A model generated the notes under the pieces. It did no database searches and was not told where the DNA came from. It saw nothing but the letters and a program-made list of their open reading frames with translations. Shown here in pieces: positions 15,001 through 30,392 of a stretch of DNA of 64,000 nt. Source of the stretch: Eledone cirrhosa (lineage: Eukaryota). The stretch spans positions 18,476,001-18,540,000 of the forward strand of contig OZ024754.1 of the NCBI GenBank assembly GCA_964016885.1. The letters run 5' to 3'. The stretch's first letter is position 1. Every line of letters begins with the position of its first letter. The position numbers and the translations under genes are program-made.

Positions 15001-18000
15001 ACACACACTCCTGCTCCCAAGACACACACTCCTGCTCCCAATACACACTCCTGCTCCCAATACACACACTCCTGCTCCCAATACACACACTCCTGCTCCC
15101 AATACACACTCCTGCTCCCAATACACACTCCTGCTCCCAATACACACTCTCCTGCTCCCAATACACACACTCCTGCTCCCAATACACACTCCTGCTCCCA
15201 ATACACACTCCTGCTCACAATACACACTCCTGCTCCCAATACACACACCCCTGCTCCCAATACACACTCCTGCTCCCAATACACACACTCCTGCTCCCAA
15301 TACACACTCCTGCTCCCAATACACACACTCCTGCTCCCAATACACACACTCCTGCTCCCAATACACACTCCTGCTCCCAATACACACACTCCTGCTCCCA
15401 ATACACACTCCTGCTCCCAATACACACACTCCTGCTCCCAATACACACACTCCTGCTCCCAATAAACACTCCTGCTCCCAATACACACTCCTGCTCCCAA
15501 TACACACTCCTGCTCCCAATACACACACTCCTGCTCCCAATACACACACTCCTGCTCCCAATACACACTCCTGATCCCAATACACACACTCCTGCTCCCA
15601 ATACACACTCCTGCTCCCAATACACACTCCTGCTCCCAATACACACTCATCTGCACCCAATACACACACTCCTGCTCCCAATACACACTCCTGCTCCCAA
15701 TACACTCTCCTGCTCCCAATACACACACTCCTGCTCCCAATACACACTCCTGCTCCCAATACACACACTCCTGCTCCCAATACACACACTCCTGCTCCCA
15801 ATAAACACTCCTGCTCCCAATACACACTCCTGCTCCCAATACACACTCCTGCTCCCAATACACACTCCTGCTCCCAATACACACACTCCTGCTCCCAATA
15901 CACACACTCCTGCTCCCAATACACACTCCTGCTCCCAATACACACACTCCTGCTCCCAATACACACTCCTGCTCCCAATACACACTCCTGCTCCCAATAC
16001 ACACTCATCTTCTCCCAATACACACACTCCTGCTCCTAATACACACTCCTGCTCCCAATACACCTCTCCTGCTCCCAATACACACAGTCCTGCTCCCAAT
16101 ACACACTCCTGCTCCCAATACACACACTCCTGCTCCCAATACACACACTCCTGCTCCTAATACACACTCCTGCTCCCAATACACACTCCTGCTCCCAATA
16201 CACACTCCTGCTCCCAATACACACACTCCTGCTCCCAATACACACACTCCTGCTCCCAATACACACTCCTGCTCCCAATACACACACTCCTGCTCCCAAT
16301 ACACACACTCCTGCTACCAAATACACACACTCCTGCTCCCAATACACACACTCCTGCTCCCAATACACACTCCTGCTCCCAATACACACACTCCTGCTCC
16401 CAATACACACTCCTGCTCCCAATACACACTCCTGCTCCCAATACACACTCCTGCTCCCAATACACACACTCCTGCTCCCAATACACACACTCCTGCTCCC
16501 AATACACACACTCCTGCTCCCAATACACACTCCTGCTCCCAATACACACACTACTGCTCCCAATACACACTCCTGCTCCCAATACACACACTCCTGCTCC
16601 CAATACACACTCCTGCTCCCAATACACACACTCCTGCTCCCAATACACACTCCTGCTCCCAATACACACACTCCTGCTCCCAATACACACTCCTGCTCCC
16701 AATACACACACTCCTGCTCCCAATACACACTCCTGCTCCCAATACACACACTCCTGCTCCCAATAATCACTCCTGCTCCCAATACACACACTCCTGCTCC
16801 CAATACACACACTCCTGCTCCCAATACACACTCCTGCTCCCAATACACACACTCCTGCTCCCAATACACACTCTCCTGCTCCCAATACACAAACTCCTGC
16901 TCCCAATACACACTCCTGCTCCCAATACACACTCTCCTGCTCCCAATACACACACTCCTGCTCCCAATACACACTCCTGCTCCCAATACACACACTCCTG
17001 CTCCCAATACACACTCTCCTGCTCCCAATACACACACTCCTGCTCCCAATACACACACTCCTGCTCCCAATACACAAACTCCTGCTCCCAATACACACAC
17101 TCCTGCTCCCAATACACACACTCCTGCTCCCAATACACACTCCTGCTCCCAATACACACTCCTGCTCCCAATACACACACTCCTGCTCCCAATACACACA
17201 CTCCTGCTCCCAATACACACTCCTGCTCCCAATACACACTCCTGCTCCCAATACACACACTCCTGCTCCCAATACACACTCCTGCTCCCAATACACACAC
17301 TCCTGCTCCCAATACACACTCTCCTGCTCCCAATACACACACTCCTGCTCCCAATACACACACTCCTGCTCCCAATACACACACTCCTGCTCCCAATACA
17401 CACTCCTGCTCCCAATACACACACTCCTGCTCCCAATACACACTCTCCTGCTCCCAATACACACACTCCTGCTCCCAATACACACTCCTGCTCCCAATAC
17501 ACACACTCCTGCTCCCAATACACACTCTCCTGCTCCCAATACACACACTCCTGCTCCCAATACACACACTCCTGCTCCCAATACACAAACTCCTGCTCCC
17601 AATACACACACTCCTGCTCCCAATACACACTCCTGCTCCCAATACACACACTCCTGCTCCCAATACACACTCTCCTGCTCCCAATACACACACTCCTGCT
17701 CCCAATACACACACTCCTGCTCCCAATACACACACTCCTGCTCCCAATACACACTCCTGCTCCCAATACACACACTCCTGCTCCCAATACACACTCTCCT
17801 GCTCCCAATACACACACTCCTGCTCCCAATACACACACTCCTGCTCCCAATACACACTCCTGCTCCCAATACACACTCTCCTGCTCCCAATACACACACT
17901 CCTGCTCCCAATACACACTCTCCTGCTCCCAATACACACACTCCTGCTCCCAATACACACACTCCTGCTCCCAATACACAAACTCCTGCTCCCAATACAC

Positions 18001-21000
18001 ACACTCCTGCTCCCAATACACACTCCTGCTCCCAATACACACACTCCTGCTCCCAATACACACTCTCCTGCTCCCAATACACACACTCCTGCTCCCAATA
18101 CACACACTCCTGCTCCCAATACACAAACTCCTGCTCCCAATACACACACTCCTGCTCCCAATACACACTCTCCTGCTCCCAATACACACACTCCTGCTCC
18201 CAATACACACTCCTGCTCCCAATACACACACTCCTGCTCCCAATACACACTCCTGCTCCCAATACACACACTTCTGCTCCCAATACACACTCTCCTGCTC
18301 CCAATACACACACTCCTGCTCCTAATACACACTCCTGCTCCCAATACACTCTCCTGCTCCCAATACACACAGTCCTGCTCCCAATACACACTCCTGCTCC
18401 CAATACACACACTCCTGCTCCCAATACACACACTCCTGCTCCTAATACACACTCCTGCTCCCAATACACACTCCTGCTCCCAATACACACTCCTGCTCCC
18501 AATACACACACTCCTGCTCCCAATACACACACTCCTGCTCCCAATACACACTCCTGCTCCCAATACACACACTCCTGCTCCCAATACACACACTCCTGCT
18601 ACCAAATACACACACTCCTGCTCCCAATACACACACTCCTGCTCCCAATACACACTCCTGCTCCCAATACACACACTCCTGCTCCCAATACACACTCCTG
18701 CTCCCAATACACACTCCTGCTCCCAATACACACTCCTGCTCCCAATACACACACTCCTGCTCCCAATACACACACTCCTGCCCCCAATACACACACTCCT
18801 GCTCCCAATACACACTCCTGCTCCCAATACACACACTACTGCTCCCAATACACACTCCTGCTCCCAATACACACACTCCTGCTCCCAATACACACTCCTG
18901 CTCCCAATACACACACTCCTGCTCCCAATACACACTCCTGCTCCCAATACACACACTCCTGCTCCCAATACACACTCCTGCTCCCAATACACACACTCCT
19001 GCTCCCAATACACACTCCTGCTCCCAATACACACACTCCTGCTCCCAATAATCACTCCTGCTCCCAATACACACACTCCTGCTCCCAATACACACACTCC
19101 TGCTCCCAATACACACTCCTGCTCCCAATACACACACTCCTGCTCCCAATACACACTCTCCTGCTCCCAATACACAAACTCCTGCTCCCAATACACACTC
19201 CTGCTCCCAATACACACTCTCCTGCTCCCAATACACACACTCCTGCTCCCAATACACACTCCTGCTCCCAATACACACACTCCTGCTCCCAATACACACT
19301 CTCCTGCTCCCAATACACACACTCCTGCTCCCAATACACACACTCCTGCTCCCAATACACAAACTCCTGCTCCCAATACACACACTCCTGCTCCCAATAC
19401 ACACACTCCTGCTCCCAATACACACTCCTGCTCCCAATACACACTCCTGCTCCCAATACACACACTCCTGCTCCCAATACACACACTCCTGCTCCCAATA
19501 CACACTCCTGCTCCCAATACACACTCCTGCTCCCAATACACACACTCCTGCTCCCAATACACACTCCTGCTCCCAATACACACACTCCTGCTCCCAATAC
19601 ACACTCTCCTGCTCCCAATACACACACTCCTGCTCCCAATACACACACTCCTGCTCCCAATACACACACTCCTGCTCCCAATACACACTCCTGCTCCCAA
19701 TACACACACTCCTGCTCCCAATACACACTCTCCTGCTCCCAATACACACACTCCTGCTCCCAATACACACTCCTGCTCCCAATACACACACTCCTGCTCC
19801 CAATACACACTCTCCTGCTCCCAATACACACACTCCTGCTCCCAATACACACACTCCTGCTCCCAATACACAAACTCCTGCTCCCAATACACACACTCCT
19901 GCTCCCAATACACACTCCTGCTCCCAATACACACACTCCTGCTCCCAATACACACTCTCCTGCTCCCAATACACACACTCCTGCTCCCAATACACACACT
20001 CCTGCTCCCAATACACACACTCCTGCTCCCAATACACACTCCTGCTCCCAATACACACACTCCTGCTCCCAATACACACTCTCCTGCTCCCAATACACAC
20101 ACTCCTGCTCCCAATACACACACTCCTGCTCCCAATACACACTCCTGCTCCCAATACACACCTCCTGCTCCCAATACACACACTCCTGCTCCCAATACAC
20201 ACTCTCCTGCTCCCAATACACACACTCCTGCTCCCAATACACACACTCCTGCTCCCAATACACAAACTCCTGCTCCCAATACACACACTCCTGCTCCCAA
20301 TACACACTCCTGCTCCCAATACACACACTCCTGCTCCCAATACACACTCTCCTGCTCCCAATACACACACTCCTGCTCCCAATACACACACTCCTGCTCC
20401 CAATACACACACTCCTGCTCCCAATACACACACTCCTGCTCCCAATACACACACTCCTGCTCCCAATACACACACTCCTGCTCCCAATACACACTCCTGC
20501 TCCCAATACACACACTCCTGCTCCCAATACACACTCCTGCTCCCAATACACACACTTCTGCTCCCAATACACACTCTCCTGCTCCCAATACACACACTCC
20601 TGCTCCCAATACACACACTCCTGCTCCCAATACACACTCCTGCTCCCAATACACACTCCTGCTCCCAATACACACTCATCTGCACCCAATACACACACTC
20701 CTGCTCCCAATACACACACTCCTGCTCCCAATACACACACTCCTGCTCCCAATACACAAACTCCTGCTCCCAATACACACTCTCCTGCTCCCAATACACA
20801 CACTCCTGCTCCCAATACACACACTCCTGCTCCCAATACACAAACTCCTGCTCCCAATACACACACTCCTGCTCCCAATACACACTCTCCTGCTCCCAAT
20901 ACACACACTCCTGCTCCCAATACACACTCCTGCTCCCAATACACACACTCCTGCTCCCAATACACACTCCTGCTCCCAATACACACTCCTGCTCCCAATA

Positions 21001-24000
21001 CACACTCATCTTCTCCCAATACACACACTCCTGCTCCTAATACACACTCCTGCTCCCAATACACTCTCCTGCTCCCAATACACACAGTCCTGCTCCCAAT
21101 ACACACTCCTGCTCCCAATACACACACTCCTGCTCCCAATACACACACTCCTGCTCCTAATACACACTCCTGCTCCCAATACACACTCCTGCTCCCAATA
21201 CACACTCCTGCTCCCAATACACACACTCCTGCTCCCAATACACACACTCCTGCTCCCAATACACACTCCTGCTCCCAATACACACACTCCTGCTCCCAAT
21301 ACACACACTCCTGCTACCAAATACACACACTCCTGCTCCCAATACACACACTCCTGCTCCCAATACACACTCCTGCTCCCAATACACACACTCCTGCTCC
21401 CAATACACACTCCTGCTCCCAATACACACTCCTGCTCCCAATACACACTCCTGCTCCCAATACACACACTCCTGCTCCCAATACACACACTCCTGCTCCC
21501 AATACACACACTCCTGCTCCCAATACACACTCCTGCTCCCAATACACACACTCCTGCTCCCAATACACACTCCTGCTCCCAATACACACTCCTGCTCCCA
21601 ATACACACACTCCTGCTCCCAATACACACACTCCTGCTCCCAATACACACTCCTGCTCCCAATACACACACTCCTGCTCCCAATACACACTCCTGCTCCC
21701 AATACACACACTCCTGCTCCCAATACACACTCCTGCTCCCAATACACACACTCCTGCTCCCAATACACACTCCTGCTCCCAATACACACACTCCTGCTCC
21801 CAATAATCACTCCTGCTCCCAATACACACACTCCTGCTCCCAATACACACACTCCTGCTCCCAATACACACTCCTGCTCCCAATACACACACTCCTGCTC
21901 CCAATACACACTCTCCTGCTCCCAATACACAAACTCCTGCTCCCAATACACACTCCTGCTCCCAATACACACTCTCCTGCTCCCAATACACACACTCCTG
22001 CTCCCAATACACACTCCTGCTCCCAATACACACACTCCTGCTCCCAATACACACTCTCCTGCTCCCAATACACACACTCCTGCTCCCAATACACACACTC
22101 CTGCTCCCAATACACAAACTCCTGCTCCCAATACACACACTCCTGCTCCCAATACACACACTCCTGCTCCCAATACACACTCCTGCTCCCAATACACACT
22201 CTCCTGCTCCCAATACACACACTCCTGCTCCCAATACACACTCCTGCTCCCAATACACACACTCCTGCTCCCAATACACACTCTCCTGCTCCCAATACAC
22301 ACACTCCTGCTCCCAATACACACACTCCTGCTCCCAATACACACACTCCTGCTCCCAATACACACTCCTGCTCCCAATACACACACTCCTGCTCCCAATA
22401 CACACTCTCCTGCTCCCAATACACACACTCCTGCTCCCAATACACACTCCTGCTCCCAATACACACACTCCTGCTCCCAATACACACTCTCCTGCTCCCA
22501 ATACACACTCCTGCTCCCAATACACACACTCCTGCTCCCAATACACACTCTCCTGCTCCCAATACACACACTCCTGCTCCCAATACACACTCTCCTGCTC
22601 CCAATACACACACTCCTGCTCCCAATACACACACTCCTGCTCCCAATACACACTCTCCTGCTCCCAATACACACACTCCTGCTCCCAATACACACTCTCC
22701 TGCTCCCAATACACACACTCCTGCTCCCAATACACACTCCTGCTCCCAATACACACACTCCTGCTCCCAATACACACTCTCCTGCTCCCAATACACACAC
22801 TCCTGCTCCCAATACACACACTCCTGCTCCCAATACACACACTCCTGCTCCCAATACACACTCCTGCTCCCAATACACACACTCCTGCTCCCAATACACA
22901 CTCTCCTGCTCCCAATACACACACTCCTGCTCCCAATACACACTCCTGCTCCCAATACACACACTCCTGCTCCCAATACACACTCTCCTGCTCCCAATAC
23001 ACACTCCTGCTCCCAATACACACACTCCTGCTCCCAATACACACTCTCCTGCTCCCAATACACACACTCCTGCTCCCAATACACACTCTCCTGCTCCCAA
23101 TACACACACTCCTGCTCCCAATACACACACTCCTGCTCCCAATACACACTCTCCTGCTCCCAATACACACTCCTGCTCCCAATACACACACTCCTGCTCC
23201 CAATACACACTCTCCTGCTCCCAATACACACACTCCTGCTCCCAATACACACTCTCCTGCTCCCAATACACACACTCCTGCTCCCAATACACACACTCCT
23301 GCTCCCAATACACACTCCTGCTCCCAATACACACACTCTTGCTCCCAATACACACTCTCCTGCTCCCAATACACACTCCTGCTCCCAATACACACACTCC
23401 TGCTCCCAATACACAAACTCCTGCTCCCAATACACACACTCCTGCTCCCAATACACACACTCCTGCTCCCAATACACACTCCTGCTCCCAATACACACTC
23501 TCCTGCTCCCAATACACACACTCCTGCTCCCAATACACACTCCTGCTCCCAATACACACACTCCTGCTCCCAATACACACTCTCCTGCTCCCAATACACA
23601 CACTCCTGCTCCCAATACACACACTCCTGCTCCCAATACACAAACTCCTGCTCCCAATACACACACTCCTGCTCCCAATACACACTCCTGCTCCCAATAC
23701 ACACACTCCTGCTCCCAATACACACTCTCCTGCTCCCAATACACACACTCCTGCTCCCAATACACACACTCCTGCTCCCAATACACAAACTCCTGCTCCC
23801 AATACACACACTCCTGCTCCCAATACACACTCTCCTGCTCCCAATACACACACTCCTGCTCCCAATACACACTCCTGCTCCCAATACACACACTCCTGCT
23901 CCCAATACACACTCCTGCTCCCAATACACACACTCCTGCTCCCAATACACACTCTCCTGCTCCCAATACACACACTCCTGCTCCCAATACACACACTCCT

Positions 24001-27000
24001 GCTCCCAATACACAAACTCCTGCTCCCAATACACACACTCCTGCTCCCAATACACACTCCTGCTCCCAATACACACACTCCTGCTCCCAATACACACTCT
24101 CCTGCTCCCAATACACACACTCCTGCTCCCAATACACACTCCTGCTCCCAATACACACACTCCTGCTCCCAATACACACTCCTGCTCCCAATACACACAC
24201 TCCTGCTCCCAATACACACACTCCTGCTCCCAATACACACTCCTGCTCACAATACACACTCCTGCTCCCAATACACACACCCCTGCTCCCAATACACACT
24301 CCTGCTCCCAATACACACACTCCTGCTCCCAATACACACACTCCTGCTCCCAATACACACTCTCCTGCTCCCAATACACACACTCCTGCTCCCAATACAC
24401 ACACTCCTGCTCCCAATACACAAACTCCTGCTCCCAATACACACACTCCTGCTCCCAATACACAATCCTGCTCCCAATACACACACTCCTGCTCCCAATA
24501 CACACTCCTGCTCCCAATACACACACTCCTGCTCCCAATACACACACTCCTGCTCCCAATACACAAACTCCTGCTCCCAATACACACACTCCTGCTCCCA
24601 ATACACACTCTCCTGCTCCCAATACACACACTCCTGCTCCCAATACACACTCCTGCTCACAATACACACTCCTGCTCCCAATACACACACCCCTGCTCCC
24701 AATACACACTCCTGCTCCCAATACACACACTCCTGTTCCCAATACACACTCCTGCTCCCAATACACACACTCCAGCTCCCAATACACACTCCTGCTCCCA
24801 ATACACACACTCCTGCTCCCAATACACACTCCTGCTCCCAATACACACACTCCTGCTCCCAATACACACTCCTGCTCCCAATACACACACTCCTGCTCCC
24901 AATACACACTCCTGCTCCCAATACACACACTCCTGCTCCCAATACACACACTCCTGCTCCCAATACACACTCCTGCTCCCAATACACACACTCCTGCTCC
25001 CAATACACACTCCTGCTCCCAATACACACTCTCCTGCTCCCAATACACACACTCCTGCTCCCAATACACACTCCTGCTCCCAATACACACACTCCTGCTC
25101 CCAATACACACTCCTGCTCCCAATACACACTCCTGCTCCCAATACACACTCCTGCTCCCAATACACACTCCTGCTCCCAATAAACACTCCTGCTCCCAAT
25201 ACACACTCCTGCTCCCAATACACACACTCCTGCTCCCAATACACGCACTCCTGCTCCCAATACACACTCCTGCTCCCAATACACACACTCCTGCTCCCAA
25301 TACACACTCCTGCTTCCAATACACACACTCCTGCTCCCAATACACACTCCTGCTCCCAATACACACACTCCTGCTCCCAATACACACACTCCTGCTCCCA
25401 ATACACACACTCCTGCTCCCAATACACACTCCTGCTCCCAATACACACACTCCTGCTCCCAAAACACACACTCCTGCTCCCAATACACACTCCTGCTCCC
25501 AATACACACACTCCTGCTCCCAATACACACACTCCTGCTCCCAATACACACTCCTGCTCCCAATACACACACTCCTGCTCCCAATACACACTCCTGCTTC
25601 CAATACACACACTCCTGCTCCCAATACACACACTCCTGCTCCCAATACACACTCCTGCTCCCAATACACACACTCCTGCTCCCAATACACACTCCTGCTC
25701 CCAATACACACACTCCTGCTCCCAATACACACACTCCTGCTCCAAATACACACTCCTGCTCCCAATACACACACTCCTGCTCCCAATACACACTCCTGCT
25801 CCCAATAAACACTCCTGCTCCCAATAAACACTCCTGCTCCCAATACACACACTCCTGCTCCCAATACACACTCCTGCTCCCAATACACACTCCTGCTCCC
25901 AATAAACACTCCTGCTCCCAATACACACTCCTGCTCCCAATACACACACTCCTGCTCCCAATACACACCCCTGCTCCCAATACACACTCCTGCTCCCAAT
26001 ACACACACTCCTGCTCCCAATACACACACTCCTGCTCCCAATACACACACTCCTGCTCCCAATACACACTCCTGCTGCCAATACACACTCCTGCTCCCAA
26101 TAAACACACTCCTGCTCCCAATACACACACTCCTGCTCCCAATACACACTCCTGCTCCCAATACACACACTCCTGCTCCTAATACACACTCCTGCTCCCA
26201 ATACACACTCCTGCTCCCAATACACACACTCCTGCTCCCAATACACACTCCTGCTCCCAATACACACACTCCTGCTCCCAATACACACACTCCTGCTCCC
26301 AATACACACTCCTGCTCCCAATACACACACTCCTGCTCCCAATACACACTCCTGCTCCCAATACACACTCCTGCTCCCAATACACACTCCTGCTCCCAAT
26401 ACACACTCCTGCTCCCAATACACACTCCTGCTCCCAATACACACTCCTGCTCCCAATACACACACTCCTGCTCCCAATACACACTCCTGCTCCCAATACA
26501 CACTCCTGCTCCCAATACACACACTCCTGCTCCCAATACACACCCCTGCTCCCAATACACACTCCTGCTCCCAATACACACACTCCTGCTCCCAATACAC
26601 ACACTCCTGCTCCCAATACACACACTCCTGCTCCCAATACACACTCCTGCTGCCAATACACACTCCTGCTCCCAATACACACACTCCTGCTCCCAATACA
26701 CACTCCTGCTCCCAATACACACACTCCTGCTCCCAATACACACTCCTGCTCCTAATACACACTCCTGCTCCCAATACACACTCCTGCTCCCAATACACAC
26801 ACTCCTGCTCCCAATACACACTCCTGCTCCCAATACACACACTCCTGCTCCCAATACACACACTCCTGCTCCCAATACACACTCCTGCTCCCAATACACA
26901 CACTCCTGCTCCCAATACACACTCCTGCTCCCAATACACACTCCTGCTCCCAATACACACTCCTGCTCCCAATACACACTCCTGCTCCCAATACACACTC

Positions 27001-28572
27001 CTGCTCCCAATACACACTCCTGCTCCCAATACACACACTCCTGCTCCCAATACACACTCCTGCTCCCAATACACACTCCTGCTCCCAATACACACACTCC
27101 TGCTCCCAATACACACTCCTGCTCCCAATACACACTCCTGCTCCCAATACACACACTCCTGCTCCCAATACACACACTCCTGCTCCCAATACACACTCCT
27201 GCTCCCAATACACACACTCCTGCTCCCAATACACACTCCTGCTCCCAATACACACTCCCGCTCCCAATACATACTCCTGCTCCCAATACACACTCCCGCT
27301 CCCAATACATACTCCTGCTCCCAATACACACTCCTGCTCCCAATACACACACTCCTGCTCCCAATACACACTCCTGCTCCCAATACACACTCCTGCTCCC
27401 AATACACACACTCCTGCTCCCAATACACTCTCCTGCTCCCAATACACACACTCCTGCTCCCAATACACACACTCCTGCTCCCAATACACACACTCCTGCT
27501 CCCAATACACACACTCCTGCTCCCAATACACACTGCAGCTCCCAATACACACACTCCTGCTCCCAATACACACTCCTGCTCCCAATACACACTCATGTGC
27601 CCCCAATACACACACTCATGTGCCCCCAATACACACACTCCTGCTCCCAATACACACTCATGTGCCCCCAATACACACACTCCTGCTCCCAATACACACT
27701 CCTGCTCCCAATACACACTCATGTGCCCCCAATACACACACTCCTGCTCCCAATACACACTCCAGCTCCCAATACACACACTCCTGCTCCCAATACACAC
27801 ACTCCTGCTCCCAATACACACTCCTGCTCCCAATACACACTCATGTGCCCCCAATACACACACTCCTGCTCCCAATACACACACTCCTGCTCCCAATACA
27901 CACTCATCTGCTCCCAATACACACTCCTGCTCCCAATACACACACTCCTGCTCCCAATACACACACTTCTGCTCCCAATACACACACTCCTGCTCCCAAT
28001 ACACACTCCTGCTCCCAATACACACTCCGGCTCCCAATACACACACTCCTGCTCCCAATACACACACTCCTGCTCCCAATACACACTCCTGCTCCCAATA
28101 CACACTCATGTGCCCCCAATACACACACTCCTGCTCCCAATACACACACTCCTGCTCCCAATACACACTCATCTGCTCCCAATACACACTCATCTGCTCC
28201 CAATACACACACTCCTGCTCCCAATACACACACTTCTGCTCCCAATACACACACTCCTGCTCCCAATACACACTCCTGCTCCCAATACACACTCCAGCTC
28301 CCAATACACACACTCCTGCTCCCAATACACACACTCCTGCTCCCAATACACACTCCTGCTCCCAATACACACTCATGTGCCCCCAATACACACACTCCTG
28401 CTCCCAATACACACTCCTGCTCCCAATACACACTCCTGCTCCCAATACACACACTCCTGCTCCCAATACACACTCCTGCTCCCAATACACACTCCTGCTC
28501 CCAATACACACACTCCTGCTCCCAATACACACACTCCTGCTCCCAATACACACTCCTGCTCCCAATACACAA
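1..28572. repeat. Large tandem satellite/minisatellite, 19-bp (GCTCCCAATACACACTCCT) and 21-bp (one extra CA) units, roughly 1,400 units; runs off the window start
   Basis: Directly visible uninterrupted array with sparse variants (ctact, catac, caaac, cacaat, caataatc, catct, catgtgccc). Ends at ...cccaatacac|aagcag. Confidence 0.99.
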
Positions 28573-29039
28573 GCAGTTTTTTATGATAGTATCTGGGGTT
28601 TTTGGAAAATAACAAAGATTCTTACGTAATATTATGATGGAAGGTTTTAATATAAATATGAAAACTTTAAAACAAGCAGTTTTGTATGATATAACCAGGG
28701 CCAGTATATAATCAGGTCGGTTTGGTATCAAAAGGTCTGAATAACATTTCTAATGAAAACAAGGGAGACAATTATAAAACTGTTTAGATAATTTAGTTCT
28801 TTAAAGAGTAAGTCAATGTGTGAATAAGTAGGAATAGAAAAGAGTGGACTTCCATCGGTTGCAACGATGAGTGTTACAGTTATTCAATCAACGGAATGAC
28901 ATGCTTTTGAAATTAATGAGCTATTGTAGATACACAAGATGACGAGCAGACTAACAAAGAATGTAGACTTTGTATGGAGAAAATAAACAGGAATGGTAAA
29001 CACTGAGATAAAACAAGAAATAGACTCTACCTCAAATAC

Positions 29040-29620
29040 TTTTGGAAGCCGTTGACAGATTCTGTTACCTGGGAGATCTAATCAGCATAATAGCCAGAGT
29101 GAGAACTGGTTGGAAGAAATTCTGAGAGTTGTTACCTCTGCTGACAACAAAGGCTTTCTCTCTCCGAGTAAAGGGCAGAGTTTGTGTTCTTGTCAATGAG
29201 TTCATTGCTGCATGCTTGTTAGAAGGTTTGTAAAGATTAGAAGTAAATGAAATGAGTGCGCTCAGATGGATGTGTAATGTTAGTGTGCATGAATGAAAAA
29301 GTACCAATAAACTAAGAGAGAAACTATGCATAAGAGGAATAAAATGTAGTGTACAAGAAAAAAGATTGCATTGGTTTGAGCATGTGATGTATATAGTGGA
29401 TGACAGCTATATAAAGTGCAGGGCTCTCAAAATAGTTGGAACCTGTAGAAGACTTTCGAAAATCTGGGATGAAGTAGTAAAAACTTTGTAAAGTGGTTGT
29501 CATTAGGAAGGACATTTATCCATAGAAACCATGCCAAATATGGAATGTATCATCTCGGATAACAATGACCAGGTCTAACCCATGCTAGCGTGAAAAAATG
29601 GATGCAAAATGGTGATAATA
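29040..29620 (+). mobile_element. Old, decayed RTE LINE 3' fragment
   Basis: Remnants matching [22 protein letters not shown] and RWMCNV of the other RTE copies. 3' tail motif tctaacccatgctagcgtg at ~29575. Confidence 0.75.
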
Positions 29621-29862
29621 CACACACACATAAACCATACATACACACACATAAACCATACATACATACACATAAACACCCACACCAGACACTGACATAT
29701 ATACAGACAGATGTACACACACATATATACACAGACAGATGTACACACACACACATATACACACATCCAGGCACATAAACTCCCACATACATATAGAAAC
29801 ACCCACATATATATATACACACAGACACACACACACCCACATATATTCATACACACACACAC
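29620..29862. repeat. Compound (CA)/(TACA) microsatellite
   Basis: Directly visible low-complexity CA/TA repeats. Confidence 0.9.
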
Positions 29863-29884
29863 AAGAAAGAAAAGCAACCCTTAC

Positions 29885-30011
29885 CGGAAGTAGCGAAGGA
29901 TTCTGAGATAATCCTCCTGTATTCTATCTTTTGGATTATCAACAAATTTCACAATTTTGTTCTTCAGATGTTCTTTACCATTGACATAATCATATAAATT
30001 ACCATTAAAAT
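29885..30011 (-). CDS. TRNT1: TRNT1-like (class II tRNA nucleotidyltransferase) internal exon, 127 nt: (D)[41 protein letters not shown](R)
   Basis: Minus strand reads ctctag|ATTTT...TTCCG|gtaag, with a CTAAC branch-like site ~30 nt upstream. Phase matches the preceding exon. Contains motif C (DYxxG) and motif D (EDYLR). Not in the ORF track. Confidence 0.92.
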
Positions 30012-30142
30012 CTAGAGAATTAAATATATTAATATATTAGGTTAGTTAACAGAATCAAAAATATTAATATTTTAGGTTGGTGAATAGAATTAAATATATT
30101 AATAGATTAGGATAGTTACCACAATAAAATATATTAATATAT
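30012..30142. repeat. AT-rich ~33-bp degenerate tandem repeat (about 4 copies) abutting the splice acceptor
   Basis: Repeated agaattaaatatattaatatattaggttagttaac-like units. Confidence 0.7.
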
Positions 30143-30197
30143 GTACTTGGGAATAAACAAAGCTTTCTAGTTAAGTTGGTACAACTTGTAAAATAAT

Positions 30198-30385
30198 TGT
30201 TTCTATCTTAGGGTCAAGGCCAGCAATTATCCAGTGCATTACTGGTACTTTATTTTATCGACCCCGTAAGGATGAAAGGCAAAGTTAACCTTGGCGGGAT
30301 TTGAACTCAGAAAGGCAAGGGCCGTAACTCTATACGTCAAAGCATGGCGTCCGACCCTCTACCAATACTGCCAATCCACCGCCCT
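30198..30385 (-). mobile_element. tRNA-derived SINE inserted at the Rab7 retrocopy start codon
   Basis: A-box/B-box head (TGGCAGTATTGG...GTTCAAATCCC) and core gcctttcatccttacggggtcgataaaataaagtaccag. Target-site duplication taaaataat at 30189-30197 and 30386-30394. Confidence 0.9.
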
Positions 30386-30392
30386 TAAAATA

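Noticed and set aside
1-28572. CRISPR array or telomeric repeat
   Set aside because: No unique spacers and no cas genes in this eukaryotic context; the unit is not a TTAGGG-type repeat.
319-28731. Very long ORFs on both strands (up to 2092 aa, YWEQEC/PAPNTH repeats)
   Set aside because: The 19/21-bp unit lacks stop codons in all frames; the peptides just cycle through frames with unit length. No coding signal.
28573-29040. Next TRNT1-like exon before the satellite
   Set aside because: No FYGR/SxERI-like peptide found by eye; contains only a short direct repeat (caagcagtttt.tatgata twice) and repeat-like sequence.
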